The notes beneath the pieces are model-generated. The model saw only the letters and a program-made list of their open reading frames with translations. It was not told where the DNA came from and ran no database searches. A DNA stretch of 64,000 nt from Dongiaceae bacterium (lineage in GTDB: Bacteria > Acidobacteriota > Terriglobia > Acidiferrales > UBA7541): assembly GCA_035542235.1 (NCBI GenBank), contig DATKLU010000005.1:779-64778 (forward strand), given 5' to 3'. A program made the translations under genes and the position numbers. Shown here piece after piece: positions 54,504 through 63,382 of the stretch (its first letter is position 1; each line of letters begins with the position of its first letter).

Positions 54504-57500
54504 ATGAGGGTTTTGTTCAGGTACGGAGCCGTGTGCCTCGCCGTTTTTCTCTTCGCGTGCGGCGCGCGATCTCAGCAAGTCACTGGCGTCGTTCGCGGAA
54601 CGGTCTATGATCCGAGCGGCGCGGTCGTCGGCTCGGCCACGGTCACCGTAACCCAGGCGGAGACGGGATTCTCACGCACCGCGAGCACCGGCTCGCTCGG
54701 CGAGTTCGTCTTTGTGGAACTCCCGGTAGGGCACTACCGCGTGGAGACCGACCACCAGGGCTTCCAGAAGTTTGTGCAGGACCGCGTAACTTTGGAAGTG
54801 AACCAGACCCTCTCGCTGAACGTCCGCCTGAAGCTGGGTGCATCGCGCGAAATCGACGAAGTCACCGCCGACCCGCTGCTCCTGGACACTACCTCCACGA
54901 ACCTCGGCAAGACGGTCGGCATCCGCGAAATTCAGGATCTGCCGCTCGACGGCCGCCACTTCACGCAGCTCGGCACCCTGCAACCCGGTGTCGCGCCGCT
55001 CACTCCCGGCCTGCAGGCCGCGGGCGGATCGCTGCGCGAAGGGCAGGCATACGCGGTGAACGGGCAGCGCCCGGAGTCCAACAACTTCCTCATCGACGGC
55101 GCGGATAACTTCAATAACGTGGACGGCGGGTTCGTAATGGAACCGCCGGTGGACGCCATCGCGGAATTCCGCATCCTCACCCACACCGCCAACGCCGAAT
55201 TTGGCCACAGCACGGGTTCGACCACCAACATCGTCACCCGCGGCGGAACGAATTCCTACCACGGCGCGCTTTGGGAATTCGTGCGCAACGACAAGTTTGA
55301 CGCCAAGAGCTTTTTCGCTACGGAAACCGAACCGCTGAAGCGCAACCAGTACGGCGGCACCTTCGGCGGGCCGGTCAAGAAAGACAAGACTTTCTTCTTC
55401 CTCTACTACGAAGGCCTGCGCGAGCGCAAAGGCGAAACCAGGCAATCCACGGTGCCATCGCTCAATGAGCGCACCGGCGACTTCGGCGAACTTTGCACCA
55501 ACGGGATTCCCGGCGGCGGCCACTTCGATGCCGGTGGAAACTGCCTCGACTCCAGCAACGCTCCGGCCCCGGGCGGCCAGATCTTCAACGAGTTCAGCGG
55601 CCAGCCTTTTCCCTTCAACCAGCTGCCCTTCATCAACCCCATTTCGCAGAACATCCTCGCGTTCTATCCGCAACCCAATTCCGGGAACAACACCTTCGTT
55701 TCCACGCTCAACAAGTCCACGGACAACGACCAGTTCGGCGTTCGGCTGGACCATTACCTGACACCGCGCGACGTGCTCAACTTCCGCTACATCTTCAGCC
55801 AGGGCAATGTCACCGACCCGCTTTCGACGGCCGGCGCCAACGTCCCCGGCTTTCCGGTGGGCGAAGAGCATCGCGCGCAGAATTTTGTGGCGACGGAAAC
55901 CCATACTTTTTCGAGTTCGCTGGCGGGCCTGGTGCGCCTCTCTTTTCTGCGCAATAAATTTCTCTACGACGAGCACCTCAACCACACCACGCCCGAGAGC
56001 CTGGGCTTCCAGTACCAGCCCACCCTCGATGTTTCCATCGGCCCTCCGTTCATCCAGGTTGCCGGATTTGCCTCGGTGGGCGACCCCATCACCGGCCCGC
56101 GCAACTCCTGGGACAACAAGCTCGATATCAACGGCTCCCTCACCTGGGTACGCGGCCACCACGAATTTAAGTTCGGCGGCGGCTACGGTTATGAGCGCTT
56201 GAACGTCTTGCAAGGTATCGCCACCAACGGCTTCTTCGTCTTTGCGGATTTCCCGGTGAACAATCCCTTTGCCAGCTTTCTCTTTGGCCAGCCGGTCTTC
56301 TTTCTCCAGGGCGGCGGCGATTTCTCTCGCAATATCCGCGGCCATGATCTGAATCTGTACGCCCAAGACACCTACAAGGTCACTTCGCGCCTCACCCTGA
56401 ACTACGGCTTGCGCTACGAACTGCCGTTCCCTTACACCGAGATGAAAAATCGCCAGAACCTCTGGATTCCGGGCCGGCAATCCGTGGTGTTCCCGTCCGC
56501 CCCGGAAGGCTTGCTCTACCCCGGCGACCCAGGCGTGCCCAAGGGCCTCATTCAAACGGATAAAAAAGCTTTCGCTCCGCGCTTGGGCTTGGCCTGGGAT
56601 CCCGACGGTAAGGGCAATCTGCTGGTTTCCGCCGCGTACGGCCTGTTCTACGACCCCTACTACACGGGCCAGGGCGGCCCGCTGCAGGATCCGATCAGCG
56701 CTCCACCCTATCTGCAGACGCCGCAAATCCAGATCCCGAATTTTTCCGACCCCTACAACGGGCAGAATCCCTTCAACGGTGGCTTCGCCACGCCGATGAC
56801 CCTGCTCGCCCTGAGTCCCAACCTCAGCCTGCCCTACGCGCAGGACTGGAACCTGAACGTGCAGCGCTCGTTCGGCAGCAGCTGGCTCTTTGAGGTCGGC
56901 TACATCGGCACCAAGGGCACCAAGCTGCCTCGCTTCATCGAAGGCAACCCGGCCGTGTTCGTCCCCGGACAGACCACCACGCAGAACGCCGATCAGCGCC
57001 GTCTGTACTCGGGTTGCACGGTCGCACAGCCTTCGCCGTGCACCTATTCCTCTGTCGGCGAGATTGCGGGCATCGCCAATTCCACCTATCACGCGCTGCA
57101 GACCAGCCTGACCAAGCGCTTTAGCCAGGGTTTTTCCATGCTGGCTTCTTACACCTTCTCCAAAACGCTCGACGACGTTTCATCGTTCAACATCACCGGC
57201 TCCGCCTCCCAGAGCACCGCCGGCGAAAACGACCTGGCGCAAAATCCCTTCGACCTGAGCGCCGAGCACGGCCGCTCGCTCTTTGACGCGCGCCATCGCT
57301 TCGTCATCAGCTATCAGTGGGATCTTCCTTTCTTCGCGCATTCCGGCCAGTGGTACGCGAAGATTCTCGGCGGCTGGCACGCCAATGGCATCACCACCTT
57401 CCAGACCGGCACGCCGTTCACGGTCTATGACTCCGCGGGAGTTTCCGCGCAGGGCGGCGCACCGGAAATTTCTGGCTTTCCAAGCGACCGGCCAGATCTT

Positions 57501-57857
57501 GTCGGCGATCCGAACACCGGCACTTGCCCCAACGGCGCCAAGGCCGGCGGCCCCAACTGCTGGTTCAATTCGAACGCCTTCCAGCGCCTGGACATCAACA
57601 CGCAGATCGGCCAGTTCGGCAACGCCGGCCGCAACATCCTGACCGCGCCCGGCGTGCAGCAGTGGGACTTCTCGTTGTTGAAGGATTTCCGCTTCACCGA
57701 ATCCAAGAAGCTGCAGTTCCGTGCGGAGTTCTTCAATATCTTCAACCACGCCAATTTCGGCGTGCCGGTCAACGATATGAATAGCCCCAACGTCGGGCAG
57801 GTTCAGACCGCCTCGGACGGACGCCTGATTCAGCTCGCGCTGAAGTTTGCGTTCTAG
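54504..57857 (+). CDS. TonB-dependent receptor with N-terminal carboxypeptidase-regulatory-like domain
   Basis: The signal peptide is followed by QVTGVVRGTVYDPSGAVVGSATVTV…GEFVFVELPVGHYRV (a CarboxypepD_reg-like domain). A plug region and a long beta-barrel follow, ending …RLIQLALKFAF with a terminal Phe. Confidence 0.9.
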   Translation: MRVLFRYGAVCLAVFLFACGARSQQVTGVVRGTVYDPSGAVVGSATVTVTQAETGFSRTASTGSLGEFVFVELPVGHYRVETDHQGFQKFVQDRVTLEVNQTLSLNVRLKLGASREIDEVTADPLLLDTTSTNLGKTVGIREIQDLPLDGRHFTQLGTLQPGVAPLTPGLQAAGGSLREGQAYAVNGQRPESNNFLIDGADNFNNVDGGFVMEPPVDAIAEFRILTHTANAEFGHSTGSTTNIVTRGGTNSYHGALWEFVRNDKFDAKSFFATETEPLKRNQYGGTFGGPVKKDKTFFFLYYEGLRERKGETRQSTVPSLNERTGDFGELCTNGIPGGGHFDAGGNCLDSSNAPAPGGQIFNEFSGQPFPFNQLPFINPISQNILAFYPQPNSGNNTFVSTLNKSTDNDQFGVRLDHYLTPRDVLNFRYIFSQGNVTDPLSTAGANVPGFPVGEEHRAQNFVATETHTFSSSLAGLVRLSFLRNKFLYDEHLNHTTPESLGFQYQPTLDVSIGPPFIQVAGFASVGDPITGPRNSWDNKLDINGSLTWVRGHHEFKFGGGYGYERLNVLQGIATNGFFVFADFPVNNPFASFLFGQPVFFLQGGGDFSRNIRGHDLNLYAQDTYKVTSRLTLNYGLRYELPFPYTEMKNRQNLWIPGRQSVVFPSAPEGLLYPGDPGVPKGLIQTDKKAFAPRLGLAWDPDGKGNLLVSAAYGLFYDPYYTGQGGPLQDPISAPPYLQTPQIQIPNFSDPYNGQNPFNGGFATPMTLLALSPNLSLPYAQDWNLNVQRSFGSSWLFEVGYIGTKGTKLPRFIEGNPAVFVPGQTTTQNADQRRLYSGCTVAQPSPCTYSSVGEIAGIANSTYHALQTSLTKRFSQGFSMLASYTFSKTLDDVSSFNITGSASQSTAGENDLAQNPFDLSAEHGRSLFDARHRFVISYQWDLPFFAHSGQWYAKILGGWHANGITTFQTGTPFTVYDSAGVSAQGGAPEISGFPSDRPDLVGDPNTGTCPNGAKAGGPNCWFNSNAFQRLDINTQIGQFGNAGRNILTAPGVQQWDFSLLKDFRFTESKKLQFRAEFFNIFNHANFGVPVNDMNSPNVGQVQTASDGRLIQLALKFAF

Positions 57858-57888
57858 GGTTGCGGTTCTTCTCACCTGGAAGCGAGGG

Positions 57889-57924
57889 CACTGCGGCGAA
57901 GTTTGCCGCGGTGTTTTCGCGTTT
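57889..57924 (+). terminator. candidate rho-independent terminator after the TonB-dependent receptor gene
   Basis: CACTGCGGC-gaagttt-GCCGCGGTG (9-bp stem with one G-U) followed by TTTTCGCGTTT. Confidence 0.5.
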
Positions 57925-58795
57925 AGCGGGATGCGGAGGCCAGCCGGCGCGTGACGTAGTCTTGCTGATAGCCTCGGAAGGCTTCCTTGAGCCGGTCCGT
58001 CACCGGCCCTGGCGCGCCAGAAAACGTGTGACCCGCGATTTCCCCGACGCCGATCACGTTGCGGTTGGTGGAAGAGATGAACACTTCGTCGGCAGCGTAG
58101 AGATCTTCCAGGCGCAAAGGCTGTTCCTTGATGGAGACACCGGCTTCGCCCGCGATTTCGAACAAGATGCCTCGCGTTACGCCTTCCAGGCATCCTGAAT
58201 TCAGCGGCGGCGTAAGCACGTTGTCGCCCTTTGCCACATAAATGTTCGCGGCCGTGCATTCCGAGACTTCGCCGCGCTCGTTGAGCATGACCACTTCGTC
58301 GAAGCCTTCCTTTTGCGCTTCGGCCACCGACCACACGTTGTTGAGCCAGGAGATCGTCTTCACTCCGGCCAGCGGCGATGCCGCGTGCCGGCCGTGCTCG
58401 CGTATGGTCAGGCGCACCGGTTCGCGATATTCCGGCAGTCCCGCCGTGTAGATGATCAGGTCCACCGCGGGTTGCGCCTCGTCGCTGCGCCAGAAGCTGG
58501 CCTGGTTGTAGACCAGATAGATTCTCGCGCAACCCTCTTCCACGCGGTTCTGCCGGATGATCTCCTGCAGGTTTACCCTCACCCGCGGGCCCGCATAGGG
58601 CATGGGCAGGCGAATGATCCCGGCGTCTTTCTCCAGACGGCGCCAGTGACGCTCAAATGCGAAGGCTTCGCCGCGAACGATACGCAGCGTCGTAAAGAGC
58701 CCCCAGCCGCAGATCAAGCCCGCCTGGCCCGGAGACAGCCGCACCTTTTCGATGGGCAGGGCCTTGTCGTTGTGAAAGATGTGGCGGTGAATCAT
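57923..58795 (-). CDS. class IV (fold-type IV) aminotransferase: branched-chain/D-amino-acid aminotransferase or ADC-lyase-like
   Basis: 290 aa. …LICGWGLFTTLRIVRGEAFAFERHWRRL…EGFDEVVMLNERGEVSECTAANIYV…GVTRGIL…DEVFISSTNRNVIGV… is the typical class IV layout. Confidence 0.8.
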   Translation of the reverse strand: MIHRHIFHNDKALPIEKVRLSPGQAGLICGWGLFTTLRIVRGEAFAFERHWRRLEKDAGIIRLPMPYAGPRVRVNLQEIIRQNRVEEGCARIYLVYNQASFWRSDEAQPAVDLIIYTAGLPEYREPVRLTIREHGRHAASPLAGVKTISWLNNVWSVAEAQKEGFDEVVMLNERGEVSECTAANIYVAKGDNVLTPPLNSGCLEGVTRGILFEIAGEAGVSIKEQPLRLEDLYAADEVFISSTNRNVIGVGEIAGHTFSGAPGPVTDRLKEAFRGYQQDYVTRRLASASR

Positions 58796-58927
58796 CCAGA
58801 ATCCTCGCGCTCAACCCTTATTGTATCCGAACGACAACCTGCGCGGTCGCCCTGTCGTTGACTCTTGCCGCACCAAGGGTTCCCGCCGCCGAAGCGGCCA
58901 ACAAAAACGCGAGTACGCAAATCCTTC

Positions 58928-58966
58928 AGAAAAAAGAAAAGGGACGGGCAGAATGTCTGCCCGCCC
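58928..58966 (-). terminator. rho-independent terminator after the coiled-coil protein gene
   Basis: The minus strand reads GGGCGGGCAG-acatt-CTGCCCGTCC followed by CTTTTCTTTTTTCT, about 45 nt after the stop at 59010. A second hairpin, CGTCCGGC-ccaga-GCCGGACG, lies at 58972-58992. Confidence 0.7.
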
Positions 58967-59009
58967 CTTTCCGTCCGGCCCAGAGCCGGACGCATCGGTT
59001 GTATGACCC

Positions 59010-59861
59010 TTACTTGCCCGAACTGGAAGTGGTAGCCGGCTGGGCATTGACCTTGGGCACGCTCACGTACCCGCTGATCGTGTCCTTGCCGACCTTGTTG
59101 ATCACAAGTTCTTCCGGAATCTTGGTGCCGCTCAGGTAGAAGAAGATCGGCTCGTTCAGGGAGCGGTTCTTCTTTTCCAGGCGACGGTCCTCGGCGGTCA
59201 TGGCCACGCTGTACTGGCCCTTCTTTTCGTTCACGCCCTTCAGTTCGACGGTCAGGTTGCCTACCTTCTGGGGCTTGTTCTTACCGGCGATGGTGAATTC
59301 GATGTAGTCGCGCTCACCCAGGCGGCGCAGCTGGTCAATTTCGTCGTGGTTACGCGCGATCAGAGTGCCCATTTCACTGCGAGCCATCTTCAGGTCGTCG
59401 CGGGTGGCATCGAGGTCGGTGCGCACGCCGCCCACTTTGGTGTCCACGTTCTTCAGGTCATCGGACGTGGCCTTGGTGGCGAGCTCCGACTTCACGCTGG
59501 TATCCAGAGCCGTCAGCTTCTGCGTGGTGTCCTGATTGGCGGCGGCCGCTTCCGCGCGCGCCTTCTTCAGTTGGCCCTGCGTGATCTTGAGCTTGTCGGT
59601 CACCACCTTCAGGTCACCCTGCAGGTCGGTATTGGTCTTCTCGTCCTGGACCAGACGGTCCTTCAACGAGCTCAAGTCCTGGTCCACGCCCTGCTTCAGC
59701 GTGTTGACCTGTGCGGCCACCTGCTGCTGCGTCGCGTCCAGCTTGGACGAGGCATTCCAGCCAAAAGCCAATCCACCCACCGCTACCAGACCCAGAACGA
59801 TGATTGCTGGCAGATGCCAGGAAGCACCGCCCTTGTTTTCCACGTTGTAGTCTTCGCTCAT
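59010..59861 (-). CDS. membrane-anchored coiled-coil protein, function unknown
   Basis: One N-terminal TM helix (WHLPAIIVLGLVAVGGLAFGW) and about 150 aa of heptad-like Q/K/D/L-rich sequence, then a beta-rich C-terminal domain. GAAGGAGA RBS upstream. Confidence 0.65.
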   Translation of the reverse strand: MSEDYNVENKGGASWHLPAIIVLGLVAVGGLAFGWNASSKLDATQQQVAAQVNTLKQGVDQDLSSLKDRLVQDEKTNTDLQGDLKVVTDKLKITQGQLKKARAEAAAANQDTTQKLTALDTSVKSELATKATSDDLKNVDTKVGGVRTDLDATRDDLKMARSEMGTLIARNHDEIDQLRRLGERDYIEFTIAGKNKPQKVGNLTVELKGVNEKKGQYSVAMTAEDRRLEKKNRSLNEPIFFYLSGTKIPEELVINKVGKDTISGYVSVPKVNAQPATTSSSGK

Positions 59862-60171
59862 ACCCGCGCTTTCTCCTTCTGGGGGGCCGCTCCGCGGCTT
59901 CCACCCGATACTCCCGTTCGATCTACCCTGAGAATTTCCGACAGATGCTGTGAAGGGTGCATCTGCAACGCCAAAAGCCCAGAGAGCCTGTGCGCTACGA
60001 GCGGTGTCCAGAAGTGATTGTCTTGCAAGGCTTTACCGCAGCGCTGGGGCCGGGCGCAAATTCCACAGAGGGCGTACTAGTCCTGGCAAACTTTACGCTC
60101 CTGTAATGCAGTGCAGCAAAATTTTCGGGGATTCGCTGGATGGCCGTCTCGGACGAGGCAGCTGCGAGAGG

Positions 60172-60801
60172 CTAGATGGCAAGGTCAGAGGCGATAGCCC
60201 GCAAGTCTCGTCTCAATTGGTCCGGACTCTGGTACTGAATGCCATGCATACCCAGGCTCCGCGCCGCCTGGACATATTCCGCAATGTCATCAATGAAGAC
60301 GCTCTGCGCCGCCGGCGTTTTCACGGCCTTTAGCGCCGCTTGAAAAATAATGGGCGAAGGCTTGCTGGCGTGGACCGCGCAGGAGTAAATGCGCGCGGGC
60401 GCCGGGAAGTGCCGGAAGAAGGAATATGTTTTTTCCAGGTGCGCCACGTGGATAGGGTCCGTGTTCGAAAGCAGCGCCAGCTTGCAGGATTTGGCCAGGC
60501 CGGAGAAGAGCGAATCCTCCTGCAGCGGAGTGGGATCGAGCGAACGGTTCCAGGCGTCGCGAAACTCCTCGAACGAGAGCGGGCTGCCGATGCGCTTGGC
60601 CATGTGCAGATACCAGTCGTGCGGCGCGATGCGCCCTTCCTGCCAGTCGCGATAGCGTGGATCCTTCTCGATGGCGATCCACAATTCCTCAGGGGAAAGC
60701 GAGATGCCGTGTGAGAGCCCCTGGATCGCGCGCGCGACGTCAACCTTTACCAGCACCCGCCCGATATCGAAAATCACCGCTCGAAGGGGAGCGTCCGGCA
60801 C
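60172..60801 (-). CDS. HAD-superfamily hydrolase, subfamily IA
   Basis: Motif I is AVIFDIGRVLV, motif II LALLSNT, and the C-terminal motif is …VFIDDIAEYV…, in the usual HAD-IA order. Confidence 0.75.
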   Translation of the reverse strand: MPDAPLRAVIFDIGRVLVKVDVARAIQGLSHGISLSPEELWIAIEKDPRYRDWQEGRIAPHDWYLHMAKRIGSPLSFEEFRDAWNRSLDPTPLQEDSLFSGLAKSCKLALLSNTDPIHVAHLEKTYSFFRHFPAPARIYSCAVHASKPSPIIFQAALKAVKTPAAQSVFIDDIAEYVQAARSLGMHGIQYQSPDQLRRDLRAIASDLAI

Positions 60802-60806
60802 GACGT

Positions 60807-61475
60807 TCAGTCCTTGCCGGCGTTTGCCGCGCCGGGTGCTGCCGCGGCCCCCGGGCGGCTCTTAAGCAGGCCAATCACCGCGGGCAGAAGCGAGAGCACC
60901 ACCACCACCGCGATGACGTAGTGAATGTATTTGCCGATGTTCGGGACGGAGCGCCCGAGCGTGTATCCGCCCAGAATCGTCGCACCTACCCAGACGATGC
61001 CTCCGCAGATATCGAAAAGCAGGTAGCGCGAGTAAGGCATCATTGCTGCGCCGGCAACCGGCGGGCAGAAGGTGCGTACGATCGGCACGAACCTCGCCAG
61101 AATCACCGCCCGCCCGCCATACTTTTCATAAAATTCGTGCGCGCGCTGCAGGTGGCTGCGCCGAAAAAAGAAGGATTCCTCGCGTTTGTAGAGAGCGCTT
61201 CCCGCGGAGCGTCCGATCCAGTAACCGATCTGGTCTCCCACAATCGCGCAAAGCATCACCGGCGCCAGCAGCCAGCGCAGTTCCAGGAAACCGCCAGCCG
61301 CCAGAATGCCGGCAGTGATGAGCAGGGAATCGCCGGGCAGAAAAAAGCCCACAAAAAAGCCGGTCTCCACAAATACGATGGCGCAAATCAGCGGCGCGCC
61401 GCCGCTGCGAATCAGTTCCTTCAGTCCTTCTGGGTCAAAAAGCGCGTGGAGAAAATGGAGAAGAGAGTCGAGCAC
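60807..61475 (-). CDS. DedA/VTT-domain family membrane protein
   Basis: …LICAIVFVETGFFVGFFLPGDSLLITAGILAA…ILARFVPIVRTFCPPVAGAAMMPY… is the canonical DedA pattern. Confidence 0.85.
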   Translation of the reverse strand: MLDSLLHFLHALFDPEGLKELIRSGGAPLICAIVFVETGFFVGFFLPGDSLLITAGILAAGGFLELRWLLAPVMLCAIVGDQIGYWIGRSAGSALYKREESFFFRRSHLQRAHEFYEKYGGRAVILARFVPIVRTFCPPVAGAAMMPYSRYLLFDICGGIVWVGATILGGYTLGRSVPNIGKYIHYVIAVVVVLSLLPAVIGLLKSRPGAAAAPGAANAGKD

Positions 61476-61653
61476 GCGACCTGGATCCTTGCCGGGGCGG
61501 TTGCTGCTTCCACACTGCGCGCGCGAACATGCGCCTGGCCCGCGGAGAAAATACGTACTCCCATACGGTAGCAGAAAACCCCCAGGTCCCCGCGCGCTTC
61601 GAGCAGCGCGAGTAACAAAGTCGAAACCGTTCGCGATCCTGCCATCCGCCCGA

Positions 61654-62565
61654 TCACCGCAGCGCCTCCACCAGCCACTCGTGCGACAGCTCCGTATCCC
61701 GCAGCAAAGTTTCCGAGTGCCGCGCGAGGCTCAGCAGTTTCTGTATGCGCGGCAGCGCCAGTTGCGCCGCGGCTGCGCCAGCCTCGATCGCCTCTTCCGC
61801 GCGATCGAAATCGTCCCAGGCAATCGAATGCACGTCGGGCCGCAGCACCAGATCCGCGTGGCGCTCCCACGATTCGTGCTGGTGCTTCTGCGCGGCGCTC
61901 ACCGCGCGCGCCACCACCTGGAACAGGTTGCGCGGCGGCTCGTTGGACGCCTCCTGCGTCCCGACGGAAACGCCAAGCACCAGACGCGCGCCGAGCTGGC
62001 GAACCGCATGCGTCGGCACCGGCGCCACCAATCCGCCGTCCGCCAGGCAACGCGTACCGATCTGAATCGGCTCAAACAATCCCGGAAACGCGCAGCTTGC
62101 GCGAATTGCATCCACCAGCGGACCCTCGCGAAACACCACCGGCTCGCCGGAGACAAGATCCGTGGCAATCACCGCCAACGGCAGCCGCATCTGTTCAAAA
62201 CTTCGCGCATCGAACACCCGCTCGATCAGGTCGCCGAGCCGGTGATTGCTGGCCAATCCCAGGCGCGAAACGCTCCATCGCGCAATGTCGCGAAACCGGA
62301 TCGTGTGGCTGGCGGCCAGCACCCGCGCCAAGGGCGCCCCGCTCGCGTACGCTGCGGCAAAAATGCTCCCCACGCTTGTGCCCGCCACATGCGAAACCGG
62401 TACCCGGTTTTGCTCCAGAACTTTCAGCACGCCAAGGTGCGCGAAACCACGCGCAAAACCGCCGCCCAACGCCAGGCCGATGCCCGGCTGCGAACCCGCC
62501 TGCGAACCCGTCTGGGCGCTATTCGAACGGGTTGTTGCGTCTGCGGTCATCGCACCTGCAAGCAT
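61654..62565 (-). CDS. patatin-like phospholipase
   Basis: The oxyanion motif is LALGGGFARGFAHLGVLKVL. The nucleophile elbow is GTSVGS and the catalytic Asp motif is LADGGL. The start is uncertain (ATG 62565 or 62550, or an upstream TTG). The track start 62889 would overlap the divergent small gene. Confidence 0.8.
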   Translation of the reverse strand: MLAGAMTADATTRSNSAQTGSQAGSQPGIGLALGGGFARGFAHLGVLKVLEQNRVPVSHVAGTSVGSIFAAAYASGAPLARVLAASHTIRFRDIARWSVSRLGLASNHRLGDLIERVFDARSFEQMRLPLAVIATDLVSGEPVVFREGPLVDAIRASCAFPGLFEPIQIGTRCLADGGLVAPVPTHAVRQLGARLVLGVSVGTQEASNEPPRNLFQVVARAVSAAQKHQHESWERHADLVLRPDVHSIAWDDFDRAEEAIEAGAAAAQLALPRIQKLLSLARHSETLLRDTELSHEWLVEALR

Positions 62566-62767
62566 CGCAAGTTGGAACCAACGGCCCAATGGGCCGCGCG
62601 TCCCGACAGCCCAGTACCGATGTACTTGTTTCAAACCGGAACGAAACTGTTGATTCGCGGCCAAACAGTACTTCGATACTAGTCCCCCACCCCCTCTGTA
62701 CCATTGGCGCCTTCGCCCGCTCACCGCACTCTCGTCCTGTGGGGCAGGCATCTCTGAGGGAGGCGTG

Positions 62768-62971
62768 ATGGACGCGTACCGGCCGTGGATTGGGCTTCCG
62801 GTGGTTCTGCAGGTGGCGCTGGGTGAGATGAAGGTTCCCCTGCGCGGCCGCCTGCTGAAGGAAAACGGCGAAACCCTGCGCATGCGCATTGGCGACGGCT
62901 GGGACGTGGATATCTACAAGACCATGGTGCTCGCGGTGGAAGAAGACGCCATGTCGTTGATTCCGGCCTGA
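62768..62971 (+). CDS. small hypothetical protein (67 aa)
   Basis: ATG lies 4 nt after GAGGGAGG. The sequence is MDAYRPWIGLPVVLQVALGEMKVPLRGRLLKENGETLRMRIGDGWDVDIYKTMVLAVEEDAMSLIPA and looks beta-rich. No recognised family. Confidence 0.55.
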   Translation: MDAYRPWIGLPVVLQVALGEMKVPLRGRLLKENGETLRMRIGDGWDVDIYKTMVLAVEEDAMSLIPA

Positions 62972-63000
62972 GCGCGCTCTAGCTGAATGGAGGAGGCGAG

Positions 63001-63195
63001 ATGAAGGACACTGAATTTCGTTACGTAACCCGCGAACGCGCCGCCGCCCTGCTGGGCATGACGGAGAAGGATCTGGCGCGCATTTCGCAAGAGTCCGGCT
63101 TCGGTCACACCGAGCGCGCCGGCAGCCAGGAGCAGACTTTCTTCACCTATGAAGAACTGCGCATGATCTGTCAGATGGCGGCCCAGGTTCACTAA
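63001..63195 (+). CDS. small helix-turn-helix (excisionase/MerR-like) DNA-binding protein (64 aa)
   Basis: ATG follows GGAGGAGG. …YVTRERAAALLGMTEKDLARISQE… looks like a short HTH. A strong terminator follows. Confidence 0.55.
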   Translation: MKDTEFRYVTRERAAALLGMTEKDLARISQESGFGHTERAGSQEQTFFTYEELRMICQMAAQVH

Positions 63196-63264
63196 GCGCC
63201 CCCTCACTGATAAGGATTGCAGCGCACAATTTTCCCAGCGGCCCTCCCTCAGCTGTAACCCCCG

Positions 63265-63306
63265 CCCCGGATCGCTCTTCCCCCAGCGATCCGGGGTTTT
63301 TCTTTT
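63265..63306 (+). terminator. rho-independent terminator
   Basis: CCCCGGATCGCT-cttccccc-AGCGATCCGGGG (perfect 12-bp stem) followed by TTTTTCTTTT. Confidence 0.85.
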
Positions 63307-63382
63307 GCCCGATGTACTTGTCGTTTTTGTTTTGACAACCAGACGGTTCCTTCGCAGACTGGTGCGCTTCTCGGGGGAATGT

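Noticed and set aside
54672-57092. 806-aa minus-strand ORF inside the TonB-dependent receptor gene
   Set aside because: It is antisense to a receptor with a complete signal peptide, plug and barrel ending in a terminal Phe. It has no independent features.
62566-62889. Long version of the patatin ORF starting at 62889
   Set aside because: It would overlap the divergent small gene 62768-62971, which has a strong RBS. The extra 108 residues are Arg/Ser/Gly-rich and lie upstream of the patatin core.
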